Origin: a virus
Taxonomy: Duplodnaviria; Caudoviricetes
Direction: 5' to 3' (one strand)
IMG/VR virus record: IMGVR_UViG_3300019926_000173
Coordinates: 1 to 52,605 of that record
Length of the DNA stretch: 52,605 bases
Shown here: positions 27,691 through 37,316 of the stretch, in pieces
Numbering within the stretch: position 1 is the first letter of the stretch
How the letters are laid out: each line of letters opens with the position of its first letter
Program-made: the position numbers and the translations under genes
Notes under the pieces: model-generated
What the model was told of the DNA's origin: nothing
Database searches by the model: none
Seen by the model: the letters and a program-made list of their open reading frames with translations, nothing else

Positions 27691-28573
27691 GGGAGAGGTC
27701 GACCACCAACAATCAGAAAGCCCTCACTCGCTCGCGGGACCGTTCCGGGACCCACACTGCGCTCCAGTAGGTGCTTGAGGGGTCCGGGACCACTCGACCG
27801 AGTTCGCCCTTTCAGTCCACCAGCGCCGGCCCCGCCAGGTCGCACTCCTCCTCCTCGCGGGCTCTTCGTGAGCTCGGGTCACGATTTCGACGGACCCTAC
27901 CCGCGTTCTCCCGACACTATTCCGCGCCGACGGCGCGGAAGCCTTGTCTTGTCGAACGCGGGTCCCTTCCATCGAAATCGACCGACTCACATTCATCACT
28001 ACGCAACGGAGAGCTTGCGACGGCTGGACATCAGCTGAAAGAGTCCCACCCGACATTTCAGATGTCAATCACCTCCAACACCTCACCACAAGGGCGCGCG
28101 CGGTCTCTCAACACCGCCCGACCGCGCTCGCAGCCAGCAGAGCTGGCTGTTCGGCTCCGCGCGAGACTGCGCTCGCATCAGCTCGCGCTTCCTCGTGCTC
28201 GTGACCTCGGGCGGGCCCGAGGTCGGCCATTCGTCGTACCGCGGGGGCTTCCTATCACACGATTTCTCTGAACTGTGGACCCTGAGCCGGGTCCCGATTT
28301 TGACGAATCGCGTAGCTTTCGTCGAAATCGACCGGCTCAGAGTTCCTCGTAACAGAAAATCGAGCGATAGCCTTCCTCCTACCATAATTTTGTTAGCACT
28401 TAACCCCGCTGTTTCACTGTGCGCGAGACTGCTGCCGTTGGGACCAACCGCAGGACCGGTCGCGCACGCGCACCAGTGCGCGCGCACGTTTGCCCCAACG
28501 GCGAGCTTCCTCGTGCTCGGAAATGGTGTTGGCCCTGCTCGTAGAGCTGGCCAACACTACCGGGCGTGTGGCC

Positions 28574-28866
28574 GACAAACCGCGTCGGCCATTCCGGGTT
28601 GCCTCCCCGCGACTTCGACCCATGGTACTCCGCACGGCTCCGTACCATGGGACTTCGTCGTGCCGGGGCCACCAGTCGAGCTGGCAGAAGAGTTAAGTGC
28701 TAACTCAGGGGTGGGGGGTCGACCAGGAACCCGCTCGGTCAACCGCAATAGTCTCACAGCCGACGCGCTCGGTCAAACCGCATCTCCGCACTCGCGGTCG
28801 GCTGTTCAGTCAACCGCATCTCGCGGGGTCGACCCCCCACCCCATCGGTCGGGACAAACCGCGTCC
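28574..28866 (+). repeat. Iteron-like G(T/A)CAA(A)CCGC repeats
   Basis: Copies near 28574, 28738, 28772, 28809 and 28853, upstream of the first early gene. Confidence 0.5.
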
Positions 28867-28955
28867 CGACCAAAATCATAGGGACAGGTGTCCCGCTCAG
28901 GGGCTCACAGCGACCGCGCGTGGTCGGTGGCCTCGGGCGTGACAGGTCGTTCAGT

Positions 28956-29963
28956 ATGAATGACAACAACAGCAGTTCGAAGGACGAATTGGTTTCAATC
29001 AACGGCGTCGGTCCGACGGTCGCGTGGCACCTCCAGTGCGAGGGCTTCGAGACGGTCGCCGACATCGCACGAGCGGACGCGGACGAGTTGGCGTCTGTGC
29101 ACGGAATCGGTGTTGCTCGCGCCAACCAGCTCATCACCGAAGCAGCTGAGATGGTCGAACTCGACGATGACGACGACGATGCGGGCGACGAAGCGAGCGA
29201 CAGAACGGTGGTGCCGGACGGACGCGAGGTTGCACACGTGGCCATCTACGCGGACGACGGTGACTTCCCTGACAGCATTGGCACGGTCGAGCACAGAAAC
29301 GAGGTCGGTGAGGACGGATACGATGACCTGGTTGAGGCAATCAAGCTCATCCAGGAAGCAATCGACGATTCCCCATTCAAGCCAACGTCTGTGGTCTTCT
29401 CGAACTTCGCCTCGCACGCAGTCGCAGTCCGAAGTTGGGCCATCATTCATCAGAATTCCGACTTCGACTACAGCCCCAAAATTCGGGCCATCGACTTCCA
29501 GTGGCCAACCTGGGACGACTTCGCGACGAACCGGGATGGCGAGAGAGTGAGGGTCAGAGACGACGACGGGCTGACCAGTGAGGGCTGGAAGATGGGGTTC
29601 CGGGCGACCGACGCGAAGTTGGCCGATGTCGCGAAACACGCAATCTGCGTGACTGAAGACGAGTTCGAATGGACGTTCACCAACGAGTTCGAAGACAACA
29701 ATCCGAAGGGTGACGTCTACAGGCACTACGAGGACTCAATCGAGGCCGACGTCGCCTCCGACGCGATGGGCGTCGATATCACGGAACAGGACCAGACGGC
29801 AAACAAGGGCCACTGGGACGAGGCTGCGGACGAACTCATGCCTCCAAGTGAGGATGCGTGGCACCGTGGTCCGATGGACACGGTAGACAGCCGTGATACG
29901 GACGAGTTCCTCGACGGTGACGGTGTGCCAAAAGCGGACGAGAAGGAGTTCACCAGCAGATAA
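28956..29963 (+). CDS. Helix-hairpin-helix protein with degenerate SLOG-like domain
   Basis: INGVGP..VHGIGV double HhH; C-terminal part aligns with 31242-31784. Confidence 0.75.
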   Translation: MNDNNSSSKDELVSINGVGPTVAWHLQCEGFETVADIARADADELASVHGIGVARANQLITEAAEMVELDDDDDDAGDEASDRTVVPDGREVAHVAIYADDGDFPDSIGTVEHRNEVGEDGYDDLVEAIKLIQEAIDDSPFKPTSVVFSNFASHAVAVRSWAIIHQNSDFDYSPKIRAIDFQWPTWDDFATNRDGERVRVRDDDGLTSEGWKMGFRATDAKLADVAKHAICVTEDEFEWTFTNEFEDNNPKGDVYRHYEDSIEADVASDAMGVDITEQDQTANKGHWDEAADELMPPSEDAWHRGPMDTVDSRDTDEFLDGDGVPKADEKEFTSR

Positions 29964-29980
29964 GACGTCTGCCCGCTGTC

Positions 29981-29990
29981 TTTTTTATTT
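29981..29990 (+). terminator. Oligo-T terminator
   Basis: TTTTTTATTT after the stop. Confidence 0.5.
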
Positions 29991-29994
29991 CCCG

Positions 29995-30235
29995 GACGGG
30001 CATCGAAACGGGCTCGGTGCCACTCGTTGACGGGGCGCTCCGACCCACAAGGGGTCGTCGGTCCATTCGACCTATCGGTCGAATCCGAGCCAGCGGTGGG
30101 TTGGAACTACCACGGACGCGCGTTCCGCACCGACTCGGTCGGCGTCACCGAGGGCTCTGGGAGCCCCTCGTGACGGCTCCCGCAGTGCGACCATCTCGAC
30201 CTAGAGTGCGTCGACCGCTCGCGCGCCCGAGCCAT
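29995..30235 (+). ncRNA. Candidate multi-branched structured RNA
   Basis: At least 7 stems in intergenic DNA. Confidence 0.4.
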
Positions 30236-30282
30236 ATCAACGCTCTCAGAGTGCGCTGACGCTAGCACTCTTCGAGCTCGTC

Positions 30283-30510
30283 GAAAAACCGGGCTCGGGT
30301 GAACCGAATGACGAACAGACGAAAAAAGACAGCACCGCTCCGCCGAACAAGACCGCACCGCACAGCCCAGCACCGCTCCGCCGAAAAACCGGGCCTGGGT
30401 GAATCAGAACGAAAAAAAAAACAACAACAGCGACAGCAGGACCGACAAAAAACCGGTCTGAACTGCACTCGGACAAAAACGAACGAACAGACTGGTACCG
30501 GGTGAGTCGA
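30283..30510 (+). repeat. A-tract-rich ~100-bp degenerate repeats (GAAAAACCGGGC..GGGTGAA)
   Basis: Copies at 30283 and 30383; weaker copies near 30445 and 30497. Confidence 0.6.
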
Positions 30511-30666
30511 AGAGAGCTGCAGGGACAACCGAGGCCATCGGCAAAGTCGAAGTCCGCGAAGCGGACGCCGTACTCTGGAAGTCGCCAAGGGCGACGACCA
30601 AGTCCCCGTAGCCCCCGCTCGACTCACAGCACAACCGAAAAATTGCGATTCCGACCGACGATACAT

Positions 30667-30861
30667 ATGAACGACAACAACACGACGCCGACGACCGAAG
30701 CCGAACGATGCACCGAATGTGGACAACTGTTCCCAGCAACGAACCCGGCAGACAGCTCTGCGCTCAAACGAGAGCACAACTGCGAGACGAATACGGGCGA
30801 CAGTGAAAACGAGAACCCGTACCGCTTCGAGCCGAAAACGGGCCTGCCTGCAGTGAAGTAG
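30667..30861 (+). CDS. Small Zn-finger-like protein
   Basis: MNDNNTT..CTECG..H.C. Confidence 0.55.
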   Translation: MNDNNTTPTTEAERCTECGQLFPATNPADSSALKREHNCETNTGDSENENPYRFEPKTGLPAVK

Positions 30862-31241
30862 ACCGCAGGCCGACAATCGAATCCAACAATCATGACTGAC
30901 CGAACAATCTCACTCGGCGACGGTGGAACAAAACAGCAGAAAGACACGGCAGATGCAATCGAGCAACAGCGAGCTCGGGAGACATCCCCGTAGCCCCCGC
31001 AGGGGTCAGCAAGACAACCGAATAATGCGACCGAAAAAACGACCAACAACACCGTGTCGGAGTCCCGCAAAGCGGACTCCGCACTGCGGAAGCAGTCTCC
31101 GACTGCGACCGAGTCCGAACTGCCTGAAACGAGTCTGCATCGATGCAGGCCAGTCAGAAACGGACGCACTGGACGCGCACTACGAAAACGAGTGCGCACT
31201 GACGAATCGGACGACAGAATAAATTGCGACTCACGTGAACT

Positions 31242-31784
31242 ATGAGTGACAACAACAGCGATACGACGGAGAACAGCCAGCCAAACGGACTCGACAACAT
31301 CGACGGAACGGAGAAGGAAACGGTCCTGCTCCTCGCAGGCGAATCGTCGATGCCGGACGACCGAAACGACGCCGTGCAGGCAATCGACGAAGCCGTGGTC
31401 GAAAGCCCGTTCCAGCCGACGGATGAAATCCGATACCGTGGACTGACCGACCACGAAGACGCGATGCGGGTCTGGGTCAACAGCCGAAACAAGCTCGACC
31501 CGAACGTCGAATACGACGGGACGAAATTCGGCATCGAGTGGCCGGACGACGATGCAGACTGCCGAGACGAAGACGGCGACATCCCGAACGAAGTCATCAG
31601 CGAACTGTTCAACGAACGGAATCGCGAGATGACCGACGGCGTGGATGCAGTCATCATCGTCACCTCCGGCGGAGATGGAGACTACCTCCGCAACATCAAA
31701 CAGATGACCAGCAGAGTCGACACGTACGACGACATGGTCGAGAACATCGACGAAGAGCTGGCGGAAGAAGCACTGGGGTTGTAA
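31242..31784 (+). CDS. SLOG (YspA/DUF2493-like) protein
   Basis: LLLAG..IDEAVVESPF..EW..RNREMTDGVDAVIIV..GG. Confidence 0.6.
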   Translation: MSDNNSDTTENSQPNGLDNIDGTEKETVLLLAGESSMPDDRNDAVQAIDEAVVESPFQPTDEIRYRGLTDHEDAMRVWVNSRNKLDPNVEYDGTKFGIEWPDDDADCRDEDGDIPNEVISELFNERNREMTDGVDAVIIVTSGGDGDYLRNIKQMTSRVDTYDDMVENIDEELAEEALGL

Positions 31785-31917
31785 GACCTCACCGACGACT
31801 CGTTTTGCCGACGATATTTCCGGACAGCAGTTGCAACTCGAAGAACTCCCGGTATGAGTGAAACGCCATCGGCAACATAAGCGTAGCCCCCGCACGGGTC
31901 AGCAATACAACCTAATA

Positions 31918-32190
31918 ATGCACCCAGAACTCGCAACCCAGATAGTCGCAGACCGTGAATCGCTCCCCGAACGAAAGCTGCTGAAGACGATGCTGGACCT
32001 GCTTGACATGAACGCAGCCTACGACGTCAAGACTGTCGGCCAGGGTGGCACGATAGCCCTGAAGATAACCGGCCACAGCGTCCCAGACATCGCAACGAGC
32101 GTTGATGCCACCGCAGCGACGGACTTTGGCATCGACCGCATCATCGAAGACCCAGTCTTCGACGGTGTGGTGCTCACGTATATGCGTTAG
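31918..32190 (+). CDS. Hypothetical protein
   Basis: ORF starting at the end of a repeat motif. Confidence 0.65.
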   Translation: MHPELATQIVADRESLPERKLLKTMLDLLDMNAAYDVKTVGQGGTIALKITGHSVPDIATSVDATAATDFGIDRIIEDPVFDGVVLTYMR

Positions 32191-32349
32191 AATAAAGTAC
32201 CCCACATGCATACACCAGAGTAGACCAATGGTATGTTCGATATGCGAAATGGCCTCGACGCACAGTGACGACGAGATATGCAAGCGCTGCAAGCAGATGC
32301 GCTCGATGTCCAGAGCTCGGTCGAAAAGCCGGGCACCGATTCACGAACT

Positions 32350-32757
32350 ATGAGTCAACGACCAGCCCCAAACGCAGAGCCAGGTACAGGTACACAGATA
32401 GCAGTCGTTGCAGCACCACCCTGCGGATGTCGCGGTGAGAAAGACGCCGACGAGTGTGGCGACATCAACCACGAGTACCCGAACACGTACCGACACGACG
32501 GACAGCGGTGGAAAGTCGGACACGACTACCTCGACACGGAAGTCCACGACGTCGTCGAACTGGTCGAGGTCATCCGCAAGTCCAGCTGGTGCGACACTGG
32601 CCCAGCCGAAGAGGGAACGCTCTACTTCGTCTTCGAAGGCGAACGCGTCGGCCGATGCAAGGTCGCACCAGCACGACGAGACATCGATATGTCCGAGCGC
32701 TTCCTCGAACGAATCGAGACGCAACAGCCCCTGGGCGCACCAACCCCGCCCTGGTAA
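32350..32757 (+). CDS. Hypothetical protein
   Basis: Acidic ORF with GC3-rich codons. Confidence 0.65.
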   Translation: MSQRPAPNAEPGTGTQIAVVAAPPCGCRGEKDADECGDINHEYPNTYRHDGQRWKVGHDYLDTEVHDVVELVEVIRKSSWCDTGPAEEGTLYFVFEGERVGRCKVAPARRDIDMSERFLERIETQQPLGAPTPPW

Positions 32758-32771
32758 ACGGAGATTCAGCT

Positions 32772-33161
32772 ATGAGTTCACACGAACACATTCCCGAGAT
32801 GACGACGTGTAGCGACTGCGACCAAGAATTCGACCTGGCACGACAGCACTACTACGACAACGTCTGCCCGTCGTGCATGGAAGACGAGAGCGAGGAGGAA
32901 GAGTTCCGCTCTTGGCGGAAATGTACGGCCTGCTCGATGCGAGTGCCGACCGACGAGGCAGGCAGTGCAACGTCGCGCGGACGAACTGGAACTGAACGCG
33001 TCCTCGTCTGCTCCGAGGGCTGCAAAGAGCGCATCGAAACACCAATCCACGCTCCGGTCAGACCGGGCATCGAGCAAGGCGACGACCCGTACTACAGCGT
33101 TCGGACGTACAAGATGAACCTGCGCTTCAACGATAACATCGTGCCACCCGAAGAAGAATGA
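32772..33161 (+). CDS. Cys-rich zinc-binding protein
   Basis: CSDC, CPSC, CTAC, CSEGC. Confidence 0.65.
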   Translation: MSSHEHIPEMTTCSDCDQEFDLARQHYYDNVCPSCMEDESEEEEFRSWRKCTACSMRVPTDEAGSATSRGRTGTERVLVCSEGCKERIETPIHAPVRPGIEQGDDPYYSVRTYKMNLRFNDNIVPPEEE

Positions 33162-33244
33162 GCGAACTATACAACCTGCTGATGTCACTCAGCCTGTTCG
33201 CGATGGCACTCGGACTGCTCGTGGTCGGCGTGGGAGCAGTATAA
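33158..33244 (+). CDS. 28-aa membrane microprotein
   Basis: MSELYNLLMSLSLFAMALGLLVVGVGAV; overlaps both neighbours by ATGA/TAATG. Confidence 0.55.
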   Translation: MSELYNLLMSLSLFAMALGLLVVGVGAV

Positions 33245-33438
33245 TGACGGACGACGAAACGTACTACTGTGGCGCCGACACGACGTCATCGCCACACGAT
33301 ACGTGCCAGCGTGAAGTTGCGTACGAACACGCCCGATGTCCGATGCACCCAATCACGGTATTGGAGGCAGAAACGGTCGAAATCGAACCACCCGAACACA
33401 GCGACCTTCGCGAACAAATCAGAGAGATTCAATCATGA
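33244..33438 (+). CDS. Hypothetical protein (C..C..C..H)
   Basis: Translationally coupled ORF. Confidence 0.6.
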   Translation: MTDDETYYCGADTTSSPHDTCQREVAYEHARCPMHPITVLEAETVEIEPPEHSDLREQIREIQS

Positions 33439-33680
33439 CAGACCCAGACGAAATCGTCGAGAACATTAGCACAGGCGCATCAATCAGTGTCGACATCACC
33501 CGCGGACAGGGAACGCGCGATCAGGAGAAGTGGAAGCTGAAAGGCAAAGGCGAATCGGCCAGCGTCGCCATCGAGGAACTTCGTGAGCAACTCGAAGCAG
33601 TCCTCGGCGACCTCGACGACAGCGAGCTCGGCGAACAGGTGCGCAAGTTCCAGCCGGAAATGGAGGATGACGAGGAGTAA
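33435..33680 (+). CDS. Haloarchaeal-type hypothetical protein (RGxGTRDQ motif)
   Basis: TRGQGTRDQEKW. Confidence 0.7.
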   Translation: MTDPDEIVENISTGASISVDITRGQGTRDQEKWKLKGKGESASVAIEELREQLEAVLGDLDDSELGEQVRKFQPEMEDDEE

Positions 33681-33683
33681 CTG

Positions 33684-33977
33684 ATGAGTGAACCCAAACC
33701 GATAGACGATCGTGGGGTAACGGACGATAGTCGGCCGACTGAAGATGAAGTTGTAACAGCACTTCGAGAAGACGATCGCGACCCGTTCGAAGATGCTGAT
33801 GACGTCCAGCACGAGAAATACGTTGTCACGTGTATTCACAAAACACGGTCGGGAGAGGTGAGGATCAACTACAGATACACTGACGGATCCACAGATCACG
33901 GAAAAGCGATGGAGCCGTACTCAGCAGACATATTCCATCCCGGATTCGAGGATGATGCAGCAACGAGTTTCCGGTAA
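33684..33977 (+). CDS. Hypothetical protein
   Basis: Acidic ORF in operon. Confidence 0.65.
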   Translation: MSEPKPIDDRGVTDDSRPTEDEVVTALREDDRDPFEDADDVQHEKYVVTCIHKTRSGEVRINYRYTDGSTDHGKAMEPYSADIFHPGFEDDAATSFR

Positions 33978-33988
33978 TTGAGATTACA

Positions 33989-34219
33989 ATGACGAACCCA
34001 ACAACGCGAAACGACGAACACGATGTACCGATTGACGTCTACGACGAACCAGACGCAGTCACCGTCGGAACAGGCTCATATGGCCTCGGACACGGCGTCA
34101 CGATGACGGTGAACTTCGAATACGTCGGCGAACTCGTAGATGACGATATCGAACGAGACGTCGAAGCACTGCTTCAGGTCGCCCTGGAGCGAGCGCTCGA
34201 ACGGATGGACAACGAGTAA
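33989..34219 (+). CDS. Hypothetical protein
   Basis: Acidic ORF in operon. Confidence 0.65.
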   Translation: MTNPTTRNDEHDVPIDVYDEPDAVTVGTGSYGLGHGVTMTVNFEYVGELVDDDIERDVEALLQVALERALERMDNE

Positions 34220-34274
34220 TTGAGTTGCCGATGACGGCAGCGCGCCATCAGGCACACCTATCGCACCCACAATC

Positions 34275-35111
34275 ATGTCAACCGAAACAAGCGATTCCCC
34301 GGAAGACAGTAGCACAGTTACTCAGCGACACGAGAAGAACCTGATGATCACCGCATATGCAGACGGTGAATCGGAGTACGAAGACACGCGTGAGTTCATC
34401 ACCGACATCTTCGACTTCGAGCACACCGAGCTCGATCCCGAGGCGAAGACGACGCGGGTTGACACGTACCCATCGATTTCGTTCGACCTCGAAGGCGAAG
34501 TCGACGGAATGACGCACAAAGTCTCGGAGAAAGTAGACTTCACGTTCAGCTACGACAAAGACCTCGTCACCCAACTAATCGAGGACGGCGAACTCGACAC
34601 AAGCGAGGTCGACTGGATAGACGTGGACATCGTCGAAGAGGAAAGTACGGATTACGACTACTCGGACGGCGAACTCGTCAAGCACCCGTTCTCGGAGGCA
34701 CTCAAGCACGTCGACCTGAACGAGTTCGGCTACGAAGTGCCAACGTACCCATACGGAGCAGCCAGCTGGCAGCGCGATATCGACGTGAAAGACGTCCACG
34801 CTGACCCCGACGAAACGGAGACGCAGTACATCCGGGTCAACGCTCGTGCCAGTGACGTGCATCCACGTCAGGTGCTCAAACCCCAGGGCGAGCGAACTGG
34901 TCGGGACCGATACGAAGGCGACGAGGAATACTGGTCGCTCCAGATCAGCATCGACCTCGAGGCCCAGAGCCAGGACGAACTGACCCAGCTCGAGCAAACG
35001 CTGGCACCAGTAATCATCGATGCAGTCGCACAGGGACACGGCATCGTTACGACGCGAATCACGGACTGCGAAGTGACGACGACGTCCACTGGCGCCTGCC
35101 ACGACATGTAG
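34275..35111 (+). CDS. Hypothetical protein
   Basis: 278-aa acidic ORF. Confidence 0.8.
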   Translation: MSTETSDSPEDSSTVTQRHEKNLMITAYADGESEYEDTREFITDIFDFEHTELDPEAKTTRVDTYPSISFDLEGEVDGMTHKVSEKVDFTFSYDKDLVTQLIEDGELDTSEVDWIDVDIVEEESTDYDYSDGELVKHPFSEALKHVDLNEFGYEVPTYPYGAASWQRDIDVKDVHADPDETETQYIRVNARASDVHPRQVLKPQGERTGRDRYEGDEEYWSLQISIDLEAQSQDELTQLEQTLAPVIIDAVAQGHGIVTTRITDCEVTTTSTGACHDM

Positions 35112-35151
35112 AATTGAGTCATAACTGAATTCATCAGTCAACACAGTATAC

Positions 35152-35745
35152 ATGCATCAACTCATCACGTTGGTCGTTACCGCAGATGGCAACGACCATG
35201 CACGACAAATCGCAGAGGCAACGTTCGAACACAATGGCGGGCTCGACCAGCACTTCGACTACGGTAAGACGATGAGCGAAGACGCACGATGGAGCGACCA
35301 GATGGCAGACGTCGTCCAAGAAACTGGTGCCATCGAAGCCAATACCGAGACTGGGTTGGACCTAATCAACCGGTCCTGGGAGTCGACCATCGAAGCGCTC
35401 AACCGAAATTTGGCAGTCGTTCGGACCGCATTCGAACAGGGCGCGTCCAACAAGGAGGTCCTCGAACGCCTTGAGGTCGAGACAGAGGTTGACAAGTGGA
35501 ACCCACTCGGACTCGCACAAGAGGAAGATGACCTCAGTGAGACGTACACGAGCGACGTCCGATACGCAATGCACACTATCGGGAGCTACGGTGGGCCGGA
35601 TTATCACCTCTACCACGGTGACTACGCAGAAGCAATCCGGCGACCGTCGGCGTACGAGCAACTCATCGAGGATATCAAGGCAGATGCATCGTACCCCGAT
35701 GAAAAGCTGACATATTTCGCCATCCCGATGGACGTGCATTACTAA
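35152..35745 (+). CDS. Hypothetical protein (C-terminal DVHY)
   Basis: 197-aa acidic ORF. Confidence 0.8.
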   Translation: MHQLITLVVTADGNDHARQIAEATFEHNGGLDQHFDYGKTMSEDARWSDQMADVVQETGAIEANTETGLDLINRSWESTIEALNRNLAVVRTAFEQGASNKEVLERLEVETEVDKWNPLGLAQEEDDLSETYTSDVRYAMHTIGSYGGPDYHLYHGDYAEAIRRPSAYEQLIEDIKADASYPDEKLTYFAIPMDVHY

Positions 35746-35877
35746 GCGATAGAATTAACTATGGTGCATACATACGACAGTATGCACCACAACGCAGGCC
35801 TCCAAGAAAGTAGCTGAGTGCAACTCCCAGCGGGCCCTTGTCGGTCGGAAACGATCGACGCACGGAGGAACAATAAT

Positions 35878-35991
35878 ATGAACGATGAATATCGACCCGA
35901 CGTTGACTCCAGTGCTGGCTGTGCAGAGCTCTGGGAGCACATGATGGAGGAGCGAGCAGAAGACGACGAGGAGAACGATCATGGCGAGTAG
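35878..35991 (+). CDS. Microprotein (GCAELWEH motif)
   Basis: Manually read 37-aa ORF. Confidence 0.5.
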   Translation: MNDEYRPDVDSSAGCAELWEHMMEERAEDDEENDHGE

Positions 35992-36445
35992 TTACAGAAA
36001 CTCAGGAACAGAGACAGACGACGAGAATCGGACGATGATTGATGTGACGATCGGCTTCACGACGATGGCCAGCACGAAGCAGTCAAGCTTCCTGGACAAG
36101 CGCTGGATGAAAGTCGAGTTCAAGCGAATGCTTGAGTCAAATCCGGGCTCGATGGAAGTCTGGTCGAAAGGTCGGTTCACGTCGGAGTTCCACCTGCGAC
36201 TCCCGTCGGAGAACTACACGGCAGTCTTCATCGACGAGATTGACCACTTCGTCATCATCACGCAGATGCACGATCACCCGGACTACCACGACGATCCAGT
36301 CTTCGAAAAGCTGGACGACGAGTGGTTCGACAACCGGTTCGGGAATCGAGTGCCAGCATCGGAGGCACCACGGCCCAACGAGGAAGCAATGGATATCGAA
36401 GTACTCGGAACGCGGACCCACGGTGCGACACGGGGTGACCGATAA
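35981..36445 (+). CDS. Hypothetical protein
   Basis: ORF in operon. Confidence 0.7.
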   Translation: MASSYRNSGTETDDENRTMIDVTIGFTTMASTKQSSFLDKRWMKVEFKRMLESNPGSMEVWSKGRFTSEFHLRLPSENYTAVFIDEIDHFVIITQMHDHPDYHDDPVFEKLDDEWFDNRFGNRVPASEAPRPNEEAMDIEVLGTRTHGATRGDR

Positions 36446-36681
36446 TGCACGCAGTACTGATGTTCGACAAGACGGAGGACGCAGAGAAAGCGATCGATAT
36501 GCTCGACGACGTCGAGCCATTCGGAACCCAACGGTCGCGAACAGTACTCATCGAACACGTCAGCAGCGTCACTGGCCTCAAATCGGAACAGGTCCAGGTG
36601 ACCAAAGACGGCGAAGAGTTCGAGGTCGGCGAGCCAGGCGATGGTGTCGAAATCGTCGACGTGTTCGAAGGTGAGTCGTAA
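36445..36681 (+). CDS. Hypothetical protein
   Basis: TAATG-coupled ORF. Confidence 0.7.
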   Translation: MHAVLMFDKTEDAEKAIDMLDDVEPFGTQRSRTVLIEHVSSVTGLKSEQVQVTKDGEEFEVGEPGDGVEIVDVFEGES

Positions 36682-36821
36682 TGCAGTACTACGGCCCGAC
36701 GTGTCCGAAGTGTGGCTCCGACGAAACGATGTCGAACGAGACACCGATGAACCCCGGTGACCTTGCACGGAACCCATGGTTCTGTACGGACTGCCGAAGC
36801 AACTTCAGTGATTCAGAATGA
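36681..36821 (+). CDS. CPxCG zinc-finger microprotein
   Basis: CPKCGS..CTDC; coupled on both sides. Confidence 0.6.
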   Translation: MQYYGPTCPKCGSDETMSNETPMNPGDLARNPWFCTDCRSNFSDSE

Positions 36822-37009
36822 CAGAGCTATACAACGAGGATGGCATGGCACTCCAGGATATGGAGGTTGTCTACGATGTCCTCGAACAAGTACGAGAGCA
36901 CCTCGACGAAGCTGACCGAACAGATGAGTCTGACATCCTGATGAAAGCACAGATTATCGTCCAAAACTACGACGAAGCGTCCGATTGGAGTGAGCCAACT
37001 GATGAGTGA
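36818..37009 (+). CDS. Hypothetical protein
   Basis: Coupled ORF. Confidence 0.65.
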   Translation: MTELYNEDGMALQDMEVVYDVLEQVREHLDEADRTDESDILMKAQIIVQNYDEASDWSEPTDE

Positions 37010-37316
37010 ACAATCTACCCAATTGACCAGGAGTGACGTTATCCAGATGATAGGCACGATCGACCACCCGCCAGTGTGCGCACCCAAACACGGCTACCCA
37101 GTGACGAAATACGACCTTTGGCCGGGTGATGTCTTGATCAAACAGGAAGAAGTCCACCTAATCGTCGACGTTGGCGACGAGGGCGTCATCTGCTACGACG
37201 TCGCGAACGAACGATACTGGAACTATCATTGGGAATTCATCGAACAGGATATCGAACGCAACACGACATCGGTCGTCGACGAAGTAGTCGCACCACCGGA
37301 ATACCCAGACCAATGA
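37002..37316 (+). CDS. Hypothetical protein
   Basis: Coupled ORF. Confidence 0.65.
   Translation: MSEQSTQLTRSDVIQMIGTIDHPPVCAPKHGYPVTKYDLWPGDVLIKQEEVHLIVDVGDEGVICYDVANERYWNYHWEFIEQDIERNTTSVVDEVVAPPEYPDQ

Larger units (their letters stand above)
30607..31921 (+). repeat. Three dispersed CGTAGCCCCCGC..CAGCA..CAACC.AA.AAT motifs
   Basis: Copies start at 30607, 30989 and 31882. Confidence 0.75.

Noticed and set aside
30011-30092. tRNA gene
   Set aside because: No TTCRA T-loop, poor D-stem and non-canonical anticodon loop
26100-31921. CRISPR array
   Set aside because: The repeats are not regularly interspaced with unique spacers of uniform length
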